Below the pieces are notes generated by a model, which worked only from the letters and a program-made list of their open reading frames with translations, was not told where the DNA came from and did not search any database. From an uncultured Chloroflexia bacterium (GTDB lineage: Bacteria > Chloroflexota > Limnocylindria > QHBO01), in contig CAWFCQ010000006.1 in NCBI GenBank assembly GCA_963814375.1, positions 64,001 through 128,000 of the forward strand: 64,000 bases of DNA, in the 5' to 3' direction. A program made the position numbers and the translations under genes. Every line of letters begins with the position of its first letter. The stretch's first letter is position 1. Below, in pieces: positions 39,160-49,438 of this stretch.

Positions 39160-39881
39160 GCTACCAGATCGCGCCCGGCGGCCTGGCGGCGGTGCTCGCT
39201 CATCCCGACGACGAGAGCTTCGGCTGCGCCGGCGCGCTGGCCCTGGCGCACGCGGCGGGAAAGACGACACGCCTGCTGGTCGCGACCCGGGGCGAGGCCG
39301 GCACGGCCGACGGGATTCCCGATGCTTCCTTCGGTGACACGCGCGAGGCCGAGCTCATCTGCGCCGCACGGACGATAGGGCTCGACGAGGTGTCGATCCT
39401 CGACGGCTATGCGGACGGGGGCATCGCGGACGAGCCATTCGATCGCCTGGTGGACGAGATCGCCGCCTGGCTCGCCGATCGCCGCCCCGCCGCCGTGATC
39501 ACCTTCGGGCCGCACGGGGTGACGGGGCACCCCGACCACGTCGTGGTGGGCAGCGCGACCCGCTGGGCGGTGGAGAAGCTGTCCGAGAGCGGCGTCGCCC
39601 CGAACTCCATCTATGTGATCTCGCCGATCTTCGACCCCGGCGGCAACCTCTACGACCTCTCCGCCGAGGAGCAGGCGGCGACGCACCGGATCGAGATCAC
39701 CGGCTTCGCGCCCACGAAACTCGCTGCCCTCGAGTGCCACGCCAGCCAGACCGATACCGCGCGCGAGATCGCGGCCATTCGCGCCGCCATCGAGTCGGGG
39801 GAGGCGGTCTACGAGGGCTACCAGCGGGTCAGGCCGATCGTTCCTGCCCCACACCCCGTGTTCGACGAGGCCCTGCTCTAG
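39156..39881 (+). CDS. PIG-L family deacetylase (MshB/BshB-like)
   Basis: AHPDDE, TRGEAG, GHPDH, HASQ. Confidence 0.92.
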   Translation: MSYQIAPGGLAAVLAHPDDESFGCAGALALAHAAGKTTRLLVATRGEAGTADGIPDASFGDTREAELICAARTIGLDEVSILDGYADGGIADEPFDRLVDEIAAWLADRRPAAVITFGPHGVTGHPDHVVVGSATRWAVEKLSESGVAPNSIYVISPIFDPGGNLYDLSAEEQAATHRIEITGFAPTKLAALECHASQTDTAREIAAIRAAIESGEAVYEGYQRVRPIVPAPHPVFDEALL

Positions 39882-39930
39882 CAAAGGTGCCGTTTCGGTG
39901 CTTCCCCGCGCTTGAGGGTATCCTTGCCGC

Positions 39931-40221
39931 ATGGCAATCGACTCCGACCTCGCCAAGGTGGACGAGGTCATGACCGCCCTCTACGACATCCACGATCCGG
40001 AAATCGGGATGAGCATCGTCGACCTCGACCTCATCAAGGCCGTCGACCTCGGGACCGATGGGAATCCGACCGAGATCAAGATGGTGCTGACCACCCCGTT
40101 CTGCCCATGGGCGGGAGAGCTGATCCAGACCGTGAAGACGAAGACCGAAGAGGTGGTCGGACCGCCGGTCAAGGTGACCCTGCTGGCCGAGCGCTGGGAG
40201 CCTCCGCCCGGCCTCTTCTAG
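39931..40221 (+). CDS. DUF59/SufT-like metal-sulfur cluster assembly factor
   Basis: DPEIGMSIVDL, LTTPFCP. Confidence 0.9.
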   Translation: MAIDSDLAKVDEVMTALYDIHDPEIGMSIVDLDLIKAVDLGTDGNPTEIKMVLTTPFCPWAGELIQTVKTKTEEVVGPPVKVTLLAERWEPPPGLF

Positions 40222-40682
40222 GCCGGCATTTTCTCCACCAGGTCCGCCGCGTTGGGCGCTCCACCGTGGCCCTCCACCATCAGAGCCTGGAGCACCGCCT
40301 CCTCGAGCTGGGTCACCACGAACGGCTTGACCACGATCATCACCTTCTGCTCGGTGAGGTAGCCTTGGAGGTCGCTCAGCACCCGGAGGGCAGCGCTGCA
40401 CACGATCACCGGCACGCGCTCGAGCTGCCGGTCCATCCGCACCTTTTGAAGGAGCTGCCACCCCAGCAGCTCCTTCTCGCCGAAGACAAAGTCCAGGATG
40501 ATGAGGTCCGGCTTGGCGGCGCGCACTCGGTCGAGCTCGCGTGGCGCGTAGCTCATCTGGACCACCTCGAGCCCCATCTCGCTCAGGATGTCGTCGAACA
40601 GCTCGAGGATCTCCTGGGTGTCGTTGACCACGAGCACGCGCTTGCCGCGCAGCTCGGCGTGCTTCCCGGCGTCCTGGGTCAT
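40218..40682 (-). CDS. Single-domain response regulator
   Basis: VLVVND, PDLIILD, VIVCSA, KPF. Confidence 0.85.
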   Translation of the reverse strand: MTQDAGKHAELRGKRVLVVNDTQEILELFDDILSEMGLEVVQMSYAPRELDRVRAAKPDLIILDFVFGEKELLGWQLLQKVRMDRQLERVPVIVCSAALRVLSDLQGYLTEQKVMIVVKPFVVTQLEEAVLQALMVEGHGGAPNAADLVEKMPA

Positions 40683-40740
40683 GGTGCGACGTACCATGCA
40701 CGGGCGGTGCCACCGGCACCGGCTCGAGGGAGATGCGGTG

Positions 40741-41304
40741 GTGCGGATCTACACGCGAAAGGGTGATACGGGCACTACGGGCCTGCTGTTCGGAGGGAAG
40801 CGCGTGAGCAAGGCCGATGCGCGTACCGAGGCTTACGGGACCACCGATGAGGCCGTCTCGGCCCTCGGGCTGGCACGCGCATCCATCGGTTCCGCCACTG
40901 ACCGAACCGAGGCCCGGCTGACCGAGCTGATCGTCCGGCTCCAGCGCGAGCTGTTCGTGGTCGGCGCCGAGCTCGCCACCGGCCTCGATCGACGCGACCG
41001 GCTGACGGACGGCGTCTCGCGAGTCACCCCCGAGATGGTGAGCGCCCTGGAGGCCGAGATCGATGCGCTGGAAGGGCTGGTCGAGCAGCCGAAGGAGTTC
41101 GTCGTGCCCGGCGAGTCGGCGACCGGCGCCGCGTTGGACCTGGCGCGGACGACGACCCGCCGCGCCGAGCGCCGCGCCGTGGGCCTGGCCGAGATGGGCG
41201 AGCTCCCCGACTCCCAGGTCGTGCCGTACCTCAACCGGCTGGCGGACCTGCTATTCGTGGCCGCCCGCGCCGCCGATGGAGGCTTCCTTCCGGTCCGCGA
41301 CTGA
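40741..41304 (+). CDS. pduO: ATP:cob(I)alamin adenosyltransferase (PduO type)
   Basis: IYTRKGDTGTT, AYGTTDE, RRAER, YLNRLADLLF. Confidence 0.93.
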   Translation: MRIYTRKGDTGTTGLLFGGKRVSKADARTEAYGTTDEAVSALGLARASIGSATDRTEARLTELIVRLQRELFVVGAELATGLDRRDRLTDGVSRVTPEMVSALEAEIDALEGLVEQPKEFVVPGESATGAALDLARTTTRRAERRAVGLAEMGELPDSQVVPYLNRLADLLFVAARAADGGFLPVRD

Positions 41305-41443
41305 GGCGTCAGCCCATCCGCGGAATCCGCGGCAATCGATGGCTCGGCGCCATGGAATCCGGAGTTGTGACGAGTAGAATCGGCGGCATGGGTGGCCGGA
41401 TTGGCCGAGCCTGCCCGCTCATCCGAGCCGAGGAACACACCAC

Positions 41444-42889
41444 ATGACCGTGACCGCGCCGCGCCAGCGGATGTTCATCGACGGCGATTGGGCCGATGCA
41501 GGCAGCGGCGAGACCGCGGCCGTGATCAACCCCGCCACGGAGGAGGAGATCGCCCAGGTCCCGAAGGGAGACGCTTCCGACGTCGACCGCGCGGTGGCCG
41601 CCGCCCGGGCCGCGTTCGAGTCGTGGTCGCAGTCGACGCCGCAGGATCGGTCGAAGGCCCTCTACGCCTTCGCCGATGCCATCGAGAAGGACACTGAGAC
41701 GCTCTCACTGCTCGAGCAGCAGAACGTCGGCAAGCCCAAGGGGACCGCCGACTTCGACGTCGAGTTCACCGTCGACAACGTCCGCTTCTTCGCGGGCGCC
41801 GCCCGTGTCGTCGAAGGCAAGGCCGCCGGCGAGTACGTCAGCACGCATACCAGCATGATTCGGCGCGAGGCGGCCGGGGTAGTCGGCCAGGTGGCCCCGT
41901 GGAACTACCCGCTGATGATGGCGATCTGGAAGCTGTGCCCGGCCATCGCCGCCGGCTGCACCGTCATCCTCAAGCCGTCTTCGATGACTCCTCTCTCGGC
42001 GATCCGCCTGGCCGAGCTCGCCGCCGACATCTTTCCCAAGGGCGTCTTCAACGTGGTCACCGGGCCTGGCTCGGTGGTGGGCGATCGGCTCATCCGCCAT
42101 CCCGACGTCGACATGGTCAGCCTCACGGGCGACACCGCGACCGGGAAGGAGATCGCAGCGGCAGCTGCGCAGACGGTGAAGCGCGTGCATCTCGAGCTCG
42201 GCGGCAAGGCCCCGGTGCTCGTCTACGACGACGCCGACATGGATGCGCTGGCGGAGACGATCAAGCTTGCCGGCTTCTTCAACACGGGGCAGGACTGCAC
42301 CGCCGCGACCCGGATCATCGTGATGGGCGACGGCTACGACCGGGCGCTGGAGGCGCTGGTCCCGGCGGTCGAGTCGATCAGGGCCGGCGATCCGGCCTCC
42401 GACCCCGAGCTCGACATGGGCCCACTGGTCAGCAAGGCACAGCAGGACCGGGTTGCCGGCTTCATCGACCGGGCGCGAGGCTACGGGGCCGAGATCGCGG
42501 CCGGCGGCGAGGCCTTCGGCGATCGCGGCTTCTTCTACAAGCCGTCCATCGTGACCGGCGTCGCCCAGGACGCGGAGATCGTCCAGAGCGAGGTCTTCGG
42601 TCCGGTCGTCACGGTCCAGCGTTTCGACGACGAGGCTGACGGCCTCGCCTGGGCCAACGGCGTCCCGTATGGGCTGGCCGCATCGGTCTGGACCAAGGAC
42701 ATCAAGCGCGCGCTGCGCGCCGCGAAGGCGCTGCGCTACGGGACGGTCTGGATCAACGACCACCTCACGATCGCCTCGGAGATGCCGCACGGTGGCTTCG
42801 GACAGTCCGGATACGGGAAGGACATGAGCTCCTACTCGATCGAGGACTACACCATCGTGAAGCACGTGATGGCGAAGATCGCCGACTGA
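41444..42889 (+). CDS. patD: Gamma-aminobutyraldehyde dehydrogenase-like ALDH
   Basis: [45 protein letters not shown]. Confidence 0.85.
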   Translation: MTVTAPRQRMFIDGDWADAGSGETAAVINPATEEEIAQVPKGDASDVDRAVAAARAAFESWSQSTPQDRSKALYAFADAIEKDTETLSLLEQQNVGKPKGTADFDVEFTVDNVRFFAGAARVVEGKAAGEYVSTHTSMIRREAAGVVGQVAPWNYPLMMAIWKLCPAIAAGCTVILKPSSMTPLSAIRLAELAADIFPKGVFNVVTGPGSVVGDRLIRHPDVDMVSLTGDTATGKEIAAAAAQTVKRVHLELGGKAPVLVYDDADMDALAETIKLAGFFNTGQDCTAATRIIVMGDGYDRALEALVPAVESIRAGDPASDPELDMGPLVSKAQQDRVAGFIDRARGYGAEIAAGGEAFGDRGFFYKPSIVTGVAQDAEIVQSEVFGPVVTVQRFDDEADGLAWANGVPYGLAASVWTKDIKRALRAAKALRYGTVWINDHLTIASEMPHGGFGQSGYGKDMSSYSIEDYTIVKHVMAKIAD

Positions 42890-42970
42890 GCTCGAGTGGT
42901 GCCGCTGGGCCGGTCGATCGAGGAGTTCACGATCGATGACCGCACGTCGCGGACCGGGGCGTGAAGGCAA

Positions 42971-43405
42971 ATGGCGACGCATACGATCGAGATCCGGCGG
43001 CCAATGGCGGACGTGTTCGACGTCCTCACCAACGTCGAGCTGACCGGTAGGTGGTATCCGGCCAAGGTGGAGGAGTGGTGGACCTCGCCGCCACCCCACG
43101 GGATCGGCTCGACCCGCCGAGCGCGGACGTGGGTGCTGGGCCGGGCGATCGAGAACGACGCGGTCGTGACCGCGTATGAGCCGCCTCGCCTGGCGGCAAT
43201 GAAGGGCCTGTCCAGGAGTGCCCCGTTCGAGGCGACGCTCAGGTTCGAGCCGGTCAACGGTGGGACGCGTGCCACGGTCGAGACGGTTTTCACCCTCTCC
43301 GGCGCCATGCGCCTCATCGGGCCGCTCTTCATTCCAGCTTACGAGCGCGGATGGGAACGCGGGCTCGAGCGGCTCAGGGCGATGATGGAGTCGGGTGAGC
43401 TCTGA
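42971..43405 (+). CDS. SRPBCC family protein
   Basis: IRRP..DVFD.L, VTAYEPP, GGTR, C-terminal helix. Confidence 0.8.
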   Translation: MATHTIEIRRPMADVFDVLTNVELTGRWYPAKVEEWWTSPPPHGIGSTRRARTWVLGRAIENDAVVTAYEPPRLAAMKGLSRSAPFEATLRFEPVNGGTRATVETVFTLSGAMRLIGPLFIPAYERGWERGLERLRAMMESGEL

Positions 43406-45022
43406 TCAGATGCGCTCGACCACAACCCCCTCGTTGGGTCGAAGCTCGATCGCGTCCTCCACACGCGTGGCGTCGCGGTCGCGGTGGGTGCCGATCAATA
43501 CGCTGCCGGGTCCCGTTCCCGGCACGGTCCGCATGTTTGCGGTGAGGTTGAGGATGACGTCCACCCGGCCCTGAGCCGTGACGCGTCGGAAGGCAAACGT
43601 GCCGTCGGGCGTCTGGCCGAACGGTTGAAAGTCGCCGAGCCGCAGGACCGGATGGTCTCGGCGCAGAGCGATGAGGCGGCGCGTCAGGGTGAGGATCGAG
43701 TCGGGATCTTCCGCCTGACCGGCAACGTTCGTCCGGACCGCGTCCGGTGCGAGCGGAAGCCACGGCGTCGTCCCGGGAGGCGCGAAGCCGGCGTTCGGCG
43801 AGGCGTCCCATTGCATGGGTGATCGAGCGCCGTCCCGTCCGCGACCGGGCTCGCGCCTCTCGAGCGGATCGCGCGAGTCAGTCAACGCAACCGGGACGTC
43901 GACCATGCCGATCTCCTCGCCGTAGTAGATGGTCGGCGTGCCGCGGAGGGTGAGCAGGAGAAGCATCCCGACTTTCGCCTGATCGCGACCGGCGCGCTTC
44001 GGCGAAGCGAACCGCGGCTGGTCATGGTTGCCAAGGACCCAGCTGGCCCAGGCGCCGAGTGGAAGCACGCGCTGCACGCCCTCCACCGCGGCACGGATCG
44101 CATCGGCTGTCCAGGGGCTGTAGGTGACGTGGAAGTTGAAGGGCACGTGGATCTCGTCGAGCTCCTCGCCGTAGGACTCGGCCCAGCGGTCGAAGTCCGG
44201 ATGATGGAGCTCGCCGATGCTGACCCGATCGCCGGGATAGCCGTCGAGCATGCGGTGGAAGTCCCGATACAGCGCGTGGATGTCGGGGTGGCCGAGGTCG
44301 TTTTCGTGGAGCTGCGTGATCCACGGGCCCAGCCTCTCGAGCTCGCCGGGCATCGGCGACGGGTTCGGCGGGTTATCGCGCAGCAACGGGTCCTTGAGAA
44401 TGAGCTGCGCGACGTCGATGCGGAAGCCATCCACCCCGCGGTCGAGCCAGAAACGGGCAGCATCGAACATGGCCGCCCTGACCTCCGGGTTGCGCCAGTT
44501 GAGGTCGGGCTGCTCCTTGAGAAAGGTGTGGAGGTAGAACTGCGACGTCGTCTCGTCCCACTCCCAGGATGGCCCACCGAAGAGGCTGAGCCAGTTGTTC
44601 GGCAGCTCCCCGTTCTGGCCCGCGTCGCGCCAGAAATACCAGTCGCGCTTCGGGTTGTCCCGGCTCGAGCGCGACTCGACGAACCACGGGTGCTGATCGC
44701 TGGTGTGGTTGGGAACGTAGTCGACGAGGACGCGGATGCCCCGCCGATGGGCTCCGGCCAGCAGCTCGTCGAAGTCCGCCAGCGTTCCGAAGAGCGGGTC
44801 GACGTCGGTGTAGTCGCTGACGTCGTAGCCGAAGTCGGCCATCGGCGAGGGATAGAAGGGCGAGATCCAGATGGCATCGACGCCCAGCCAGGCGAGGTAG
44901 TCGAGCCGGCTGGTGATGCCGGCAAGGTCGCCGGTGCCGTCGCCATCGGCATCGGCGAACGAGCGTGGATAGACCTGGTACACGACGCCGGTCTGCCACC
45001 AGCGCGGTGCGCTCCGCTGCAT
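43406..45022 (-). CDS. GH13 alpha-glucosidase
   Basis: WWQ.GVVYQVYPRSF, DFGYDVSDY, VPNHTSDQH, GFRIDV, GNHD. Confidence 0.93.
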   Translation of the reverse strand: MQRSAPRWWQTGVVYQVYPRSFADADGDGTGDLAGITSRLDYLAWLGVDAIWISPFYPSPMADFGYDVSDYTDVDPLFGTLADFDELLAGAHRRGIRVLVDYVPNHTSDQHPWFVESRSSRDNPKRDWYFWRDAGQNGELPNNWLSLFGGPSWEWDETTSQFYLHTFLKEQPDLNWRNPEVRAAMFDAARFWLDRGVDGFRIDVAQLILKDPLLRDNPPNPSPMPGELERLGPWITQLHENDLGHPDIHALYRDFHRMLDGYPGDRVSIGELHHPDFDRWAESYGEELDEIHVPFNFHVTYSPWTADAIRAAVEGVQRVLPLGAWASWVLGNHDQPRFASPKRAGRDQAKVGMLLLLTLRGTPTIYYGEEIGMVDVPVALTDSRDPLERREPGRGRDGARSPMQWDASPNAGFAPPGTTPWLPLAPDAVRTNVAGQAEDPDSILTLTRRLIALRRDHPVLRLGDFQPFGQTPDGTFAFRRVTAQGRVDVILNLTANMRTVPGTGPGSVLIGTHRDRDATRVEDAIELRPNEGVVVERI

Positions 45023-45081
45023 GGTGTGAAGGCTAGACGGATGCACCGACCCCTCGCAGGCGCCTGCTACGATCGAAATGA

Positions 45082-45537
45082 ATGACTGAGACAACGCCGC
45101 CGCCGGCAGACCCGGCTGCACCGGGGACATTGCCGGCCGGACGGACCGATCCGCTCGATCCCGCCGAGGCAGAGCGCCTCTTCCGCCGCGGTGTGGCGCT
45201 CTTCAACGGGGTGCGCTACTGGCATGCCCACGAGGCCTGGGAGACCCTGTGGCGCGCCGCGCCGGACGACGAGCGGGACTTCTTTCAGGGCCTGATCCAG
45301 GTCGCCGCCGGCCTCCTCCACCTCCAGCGCCGCAACCTGCGTGGCGCCCGCAACAAGCTGCGAGACGGCCTCGATCGGCTGGCGCCATATCAGCCGGCGT
45401 ATCAGGGCGTCTTCGTGAACGAGCTGATCGGCGAGGCCAGGCGGCTTCTCGACGACCTCGAGTCCGGCTTCCTGCCGTACCTTATTCCGCCCGTGATCCG
45501 CTTCACCGAGGCCGACGAGCCCGACTTCAGCCGATGA
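45082..45537 (+). CDS. DUF309 family protein
   Basis: [20 protein letters not shown]. Confidence 0.9.
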   Translation: MTETTPPPADPAAPGTLPAGRTDPLDPAEAERLFRRGVALFNGVRYWHAHEAWETLWRAAPDDERDFFQGLIQVAAGLLHLQRRNLRGARNKLRDGLDRLAPYQPAYQGVFVNELIGEARRLLDDLESGFLPYLIPPVIRFTEADEPDFSR

Positions 45538-46920
45538 CCGACGAGCGCGTCGAGCGCGACTCGATGGGAGAGGTTCACGTGCCGGCCAACGCCAGATGGG
45601 GCGCCCAGACGCAGCGAGCCGTCGAGAATTTCCCGATCTCGGGGACCGGCCTCGAACGTGCGCAGATCCGAGGCGCTGGCACAGATCAAGGCAGCGGTCG
45701 CATCGGTCAAGGCCGACGAGGGCCTCATGGATCGGGAGCTCGCCGATGCGATCGTCGCATCCGCCGACGCCGTCGCCCGAGGAGAGCACGACGACCAGTT
45801 CCCGATCGACATCTTCCAGACCGGGTCGGGCACCAGCAGCAACATGAACATGAACGAGGTGCTGGGCTCCCTGGCGCGGGACCAGCTTGGTCGCGACGTC
45901 CATCCCAACGACGACGTCAACCACCCGATGTCGTCGAACGACATGTTTCCCGCCTCGATTCATATCGCCGCCACCGCGGGCGTGCTGCGCGAGCTGGTCC
46001 CGGCACTCGAGCACCTCGCCGCCTCTCTCGAGCGCAAGGCCACCGAGTTCGCCGATGTCGTGAAGTCCGGTCGGACCCACCTCATGGACGCGACGCCGGT
46101 GACGCTCGGCCAGGAGTTCGGCGGCTACGCGGCGCAGGTCCGCATGGGGGTGGAGCGCCTCGACGCGAGCCTGCCGCGGGTGGCGGAGCTGCCGCTCGGC
46201 GGGACGGCGGTCGGCACCGGCATCAACTCACCAGCGGGGTTCGGCGGGCGCGTGATCGCCAGGATCGCCGCCAGCACCGGCCTGCCGCTGACCGAGGCTC
46301 GCGACCACTTCGAGGCCCAGGGCGCCCGCGACGGCCTCGTCGAGCTTTCCGGCCAGCTGCGAACCATCGCGGTGAGCCTCACGAAGATCGCGAACGACCT
46401 GCGCTGGATGGGCTCCGGACCGCGTGCCGGCCTGGGCGAGATCGCCATCCCCGACCTGCAGCCGGGGAGCAGCATCATGCCCGGCAAGGTGAACCCGGTG
46501 ATCCCCGAGGCCACGCTGATGGTGTGCGCCCAGGTCATCGGTAACGACGCCGCGATCGCCTGGGGCGGCGCGGCCGGGAACTTCGAGCTCAACGTCATGC
46601 TCCCGATGCTCGGCCGCAACGTGCTCGAGTCGATCCGGCTCCTCAGCTCCGTGAGCCGTCTCCTCGCCGACCGATGCGTGGACGGCATCACTGCCAACGT
46701 CGAGCGGCTGCGCGAGTACGCCGAGGGTTCGCCCGCCATCGTGACCCCGCTGAATGCGATCCTCGGCTACGAGGAGGCGGCGAGCATCGCCAAGCAGTCG
46801 CTCTCCGAGCGCAAGACGATCCGCCAGGTTGTCCTCGAGCGCGGCCACGTGCGAGACGGGCGCCTGACCGAGGCGGACCTCGACGAGGCGCTGGATGTCA
46901 TGCGGATGACCCGACCCTAG
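45534..46920 (+). CDS. fumC: Class II fumarate hydratase, frameshift near 45672
   Basis: [16 protein letters not shown]; then [25 protein letters not shown] in next frame. Confidence 0.93.
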
Positions 46921-48164
46921 CGATCGTCCGTGCGCTCGGTCCCAGCGGCCGGGAGGTACGCATAGCGGAGCTCGCTCGTGTTGGTGGCGTTGTCGACCTC
47001 CATCCAGACCAGGAGATCGCCGGAGACGTGCGCCCGAATCGTGCTCCGCAGTGCATCTCCCTGCTGGATCTCGATCAGGCGCGCTCGATCGAGACCGAGG
47101 TCGTACACGCCGAACTTCGCGGAGTCGGCACCCCACCAGGCGACGAAGCGAGCACCCATGCTCGGGTAGTTGACGTACTCCTGGGGCCAGGCCGAGAGCG
47201 GTGAGGTCAGTCCGCTCTGCAGATCGTGGTGGTACATCGTTCCCCAGTTGAACATGTTGAACCCGGGATCGGCCTCCTTCCAGAGGATGTCGTCGTCGCG
47301 GATGAGGGGCATCGTCGCGCGTCCGGACGAATCGAGGCGTCGAGGCTCCGCGGCTGGGTCCGCGAGGTCGAGCAGATAGACGAAGCGCTCATCCGTCGTG
47401 CGATCGGCCGAGTAGCGCACCTCGCAGTAGACGAGCGATGAGCCGTAGAGGGACGGCAGCCAGAGCTCGGCCTCGGCTGCCAGACGCTCTGCGATGAGGA
47501 CCGGCTCCCAGTCGGGCGCGGTGGCCATCAGCAGCTGCGAGACCGGGCCCTGCGGCCCGCGGTCGAAGGCGGTCCAGACGACGAGGGGCCGATAGACGCT
47601 CACGCTCGGGACCAGGCTCGAGACGTCGTCGTCGCCGGGGTGCGTGTCGAGGAGGATCGCGTCCGCTCCGTCATCCGGGATGAGCCAGAGGTTCCAGGCT
47701 CGCTCGCCGCTCATCGGGAACTCGACGAAGGCGATCATCCCCAGGTCGCCGGTGATCCTCGGGATGGTGTGGTTGCGCTCCGGGTTTCGCCAGAGCAGCT
47801 CGGGGACGGCGTCGGGGCCAGGCGTGTAGCGCCAGAGGTCGGGAGCGGCCTCGAGTCCGCTGCCCTCGCCCCTGCCCGACGAATACAGGATCGACGCCCC
47901 GTCGCTGACGAAGTCGAGCATCGGATCGGTGAGCGCGGAGTCGAGGGTCTGGATGTCGAGCTCGGCACCGAGGTCCCCTCCGCCCTCGGACGCGGTCGGC
48001 CGCTGCGAAGCTGCTACCGAGCTCGCGCTCGCGTTCGCGCTCGGCTCCCGATCCGGTGAAGGAGTGGGGAGCGGGGTCGGGCTTGGGATGGTGGCCGTGC
48101 AGGCCACCATCCCGGCGACGCAGAACGCGGCCGCTGTCGCGGGCAGGCGCCGCACTCGGCTCAC
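46917..48164 (-). CDS. Predicted lipoprotein with beta-propeller-like body
   Basis: Basic N-terminus, lipobox MVAC, Pro/Ser linker, repeated beta-rich motifs; GTGA overlap with upstream stop. Confidence 0.7.
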   Translation of the reverse strand: MSRVRRLPATAAAFCVAGMVACTATIPSPTPLPTPSPDREPSANASASSVAASQRPTASEGGGDLGAELDIQTLDSALTDPMLDFVSDGASILYSSGRGEGSGLEAAPDLWRYTPGPDAVPELLWRNPERNHTIPRITGDLGMIAFVEFPMSGERAWNLWLIPDDGADAILLDTHPGDDDVSSLVPSVSVYRPLVVWTAFDRGPQGPVSQLLMATAPDWEPVLIAERLAAEAELWLPSLYGSSLVYCEVRYSADRTTDERFVYLLDLADPAAEPRRLDSSGRATMPLIRDDDILWKEADPGFNMFNWGTMYHHDLQSGLTSPLSAWPQEYVNYPSMGARFVAWWGADSAKFGVYDLGLDRARLIEIQQGDALRSTIRAHVSGDLLVWMEVDNATNTSELRYAYLPAAGTERTDDR

Positions 48165-49024
48165 CACACGAGCCGCTTGGTGTGGGCCATGATCATCGCC
48201 GCGATGTGGCGCATCGGGTCCCAGTACTTGCCGGTCGCGCCGCCCTCGTCCTTCGAGGAATCGGCGTAGTAGAGGCGGGAGGAGTCGGTCCCGGTCCAGA
48301 GACCGACCCATCCGTAGGCCGCGATCCAGTGGCCGGGTGAGGACACCGGACGGCTCCAGCTGGTCAGGTGGTAGGTGCCGCGGACGTCGTACGGCTTCAC
48401 GGCGATCGCCAACGGCATCTTGGAGCTGCTGATGTTCGAGCGGACCATCGCATGCAGCTGATCGGAGACCGTCCCGTCCCCGTCGTTGTCCAGGAGCGGC
48501 GACACGACCCAGTCCCAGCCGGCCGGTCGACGCGGAGCGTTGACCGTCGAGGACTCGAGACCGTCTTCCAGCTCCGGTGCGTTCGTCAGGCCGTTGACAT
48601 CGGTCTTCATCCAGCCCGCGATGGTCGTCTGCAGGTACTTGTTGGCGCCCGGCCCGGTGGCCCAGGCGTAGTTCGAGATGACCTGCCCGGTGGCGGGGCC
48701 GCAGTAGTGGCCCTTGATCTGGTCCCGGGCCTCCACGGCGAGAAATCCCTGCGGGATGGCACAGGCGTTGGGTGCGACCGCGTTTGGGGAGCTCGTCGGA
48801 GTCACGCAGTCGAGCCCGACGAGGTTGAGGCCCTGGGCTTCGACCTGGGCCACGTAGGCCTCGGCGGCCGCGACCCTCCGATCCGAGGCGGCCTGCTCCT
48901 GCGGTGTGAGTGGTCGCTCCGCGCTTGGCGGCCGAAGCGGCTTGGCGGCAGCGGCGGGACCGGCGCCAAAGGCGATGGTCAGCATGGCGATGAGCGTGGC
49001 CATGACGATACGGCTCGAGAACAT
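48161..49024 (-). CDS. Secreted C39-like (papain-fold) peptidase
   Basis: Signal peptide; Q....YCGPA, GHW, YYADS catalytic pattern. Confidence 0.75.
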   Translation of the reverse strand: MFSSRIVMATLIAMLTIAFGAGPAAAAKPLRPPSAERPLTPQEQAASDRRVAAAEAYVAQVEAQGLNLVGLDCVTPTSSPNAVAPNACAIPQGFLAVEARDQIKGHYCGPATGQVISNYAWATGPGANKYLQTTIAGWMKTDVNGLTNAPELEDGLESSTVNAPRRPAGWDWVVSPLLDNDGDGTVSDQLHAMVRSNISSSKMPLAIAVKPYDVRGTYHLTSWSRPVSSPGHWIAAYGWVGLWTGTDSSRLYYADSSKDEGGATGKYWDPMRHIAAMIMAHTKRLVW

Positions 49025-49026
49025 GT

Positions 49027-49099
49027 GGGCAGCCTCCTGATCGTTGGAGGCGAGCCGGCGTTCGAAAGGGCGAACGGATGTTCGACGCTCATCCTGCCC
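49027..49099 (-). promoter_or_regulatory. Structured 5' leader (four-way junction) sequestering the GGAGG RBS
   Basis: Outer stem GGGCA/TGCCC closes hairpins GATG/CATC, CGTTCG/CGAACG and GCCTCC/GGAGGC. Confidence 0.5.
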
Positions 49100-49438
49100 G
49101 ACAGTCTCTTCGCCGCCACTTACCAGCCGCTTACCGGACCGACGCGAGCGTACGAAACGCCGGCCACGCTCATCGCGGACCGGCGCATCGTGTCAAGCCG
49201 TCACGACGGGGTGCCACTACTTCAGCCCCGTATCGTTCGATATCAGGATCCCGCCGCGACGGTTCTTCGGTTGTGACCCGATCCTCGCGGATCCCGGAGG
49301 CGCCGCCCAAGGGGCGAATGTCCCGATCCCACCGGGAACTCGCCGGTTGGGCAAATCGGAGCCCGAGGCCGTGTCGGGCTAGAATCGAGCCCCGCGCCAT
49401 CCGCCGGCGCCCACGCCCTTCGAGGAGACCGATCCGTC

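Noticed and set aside
49027-49099. tRNA gene (73 nt, cloverleaf-like, contains GTTCGA)
   Set aside because: Arm lengths, the 9-nt T-like loop and the 6-nt central loop do not fit a tRNA; kept as a leader structure
49240-49380. c-di-AMP riboswitch (GGGGCGAAT fragment)
   Set aside because: No GCTGAATCC, GGAACC or CCGTCAGCTAAC elements
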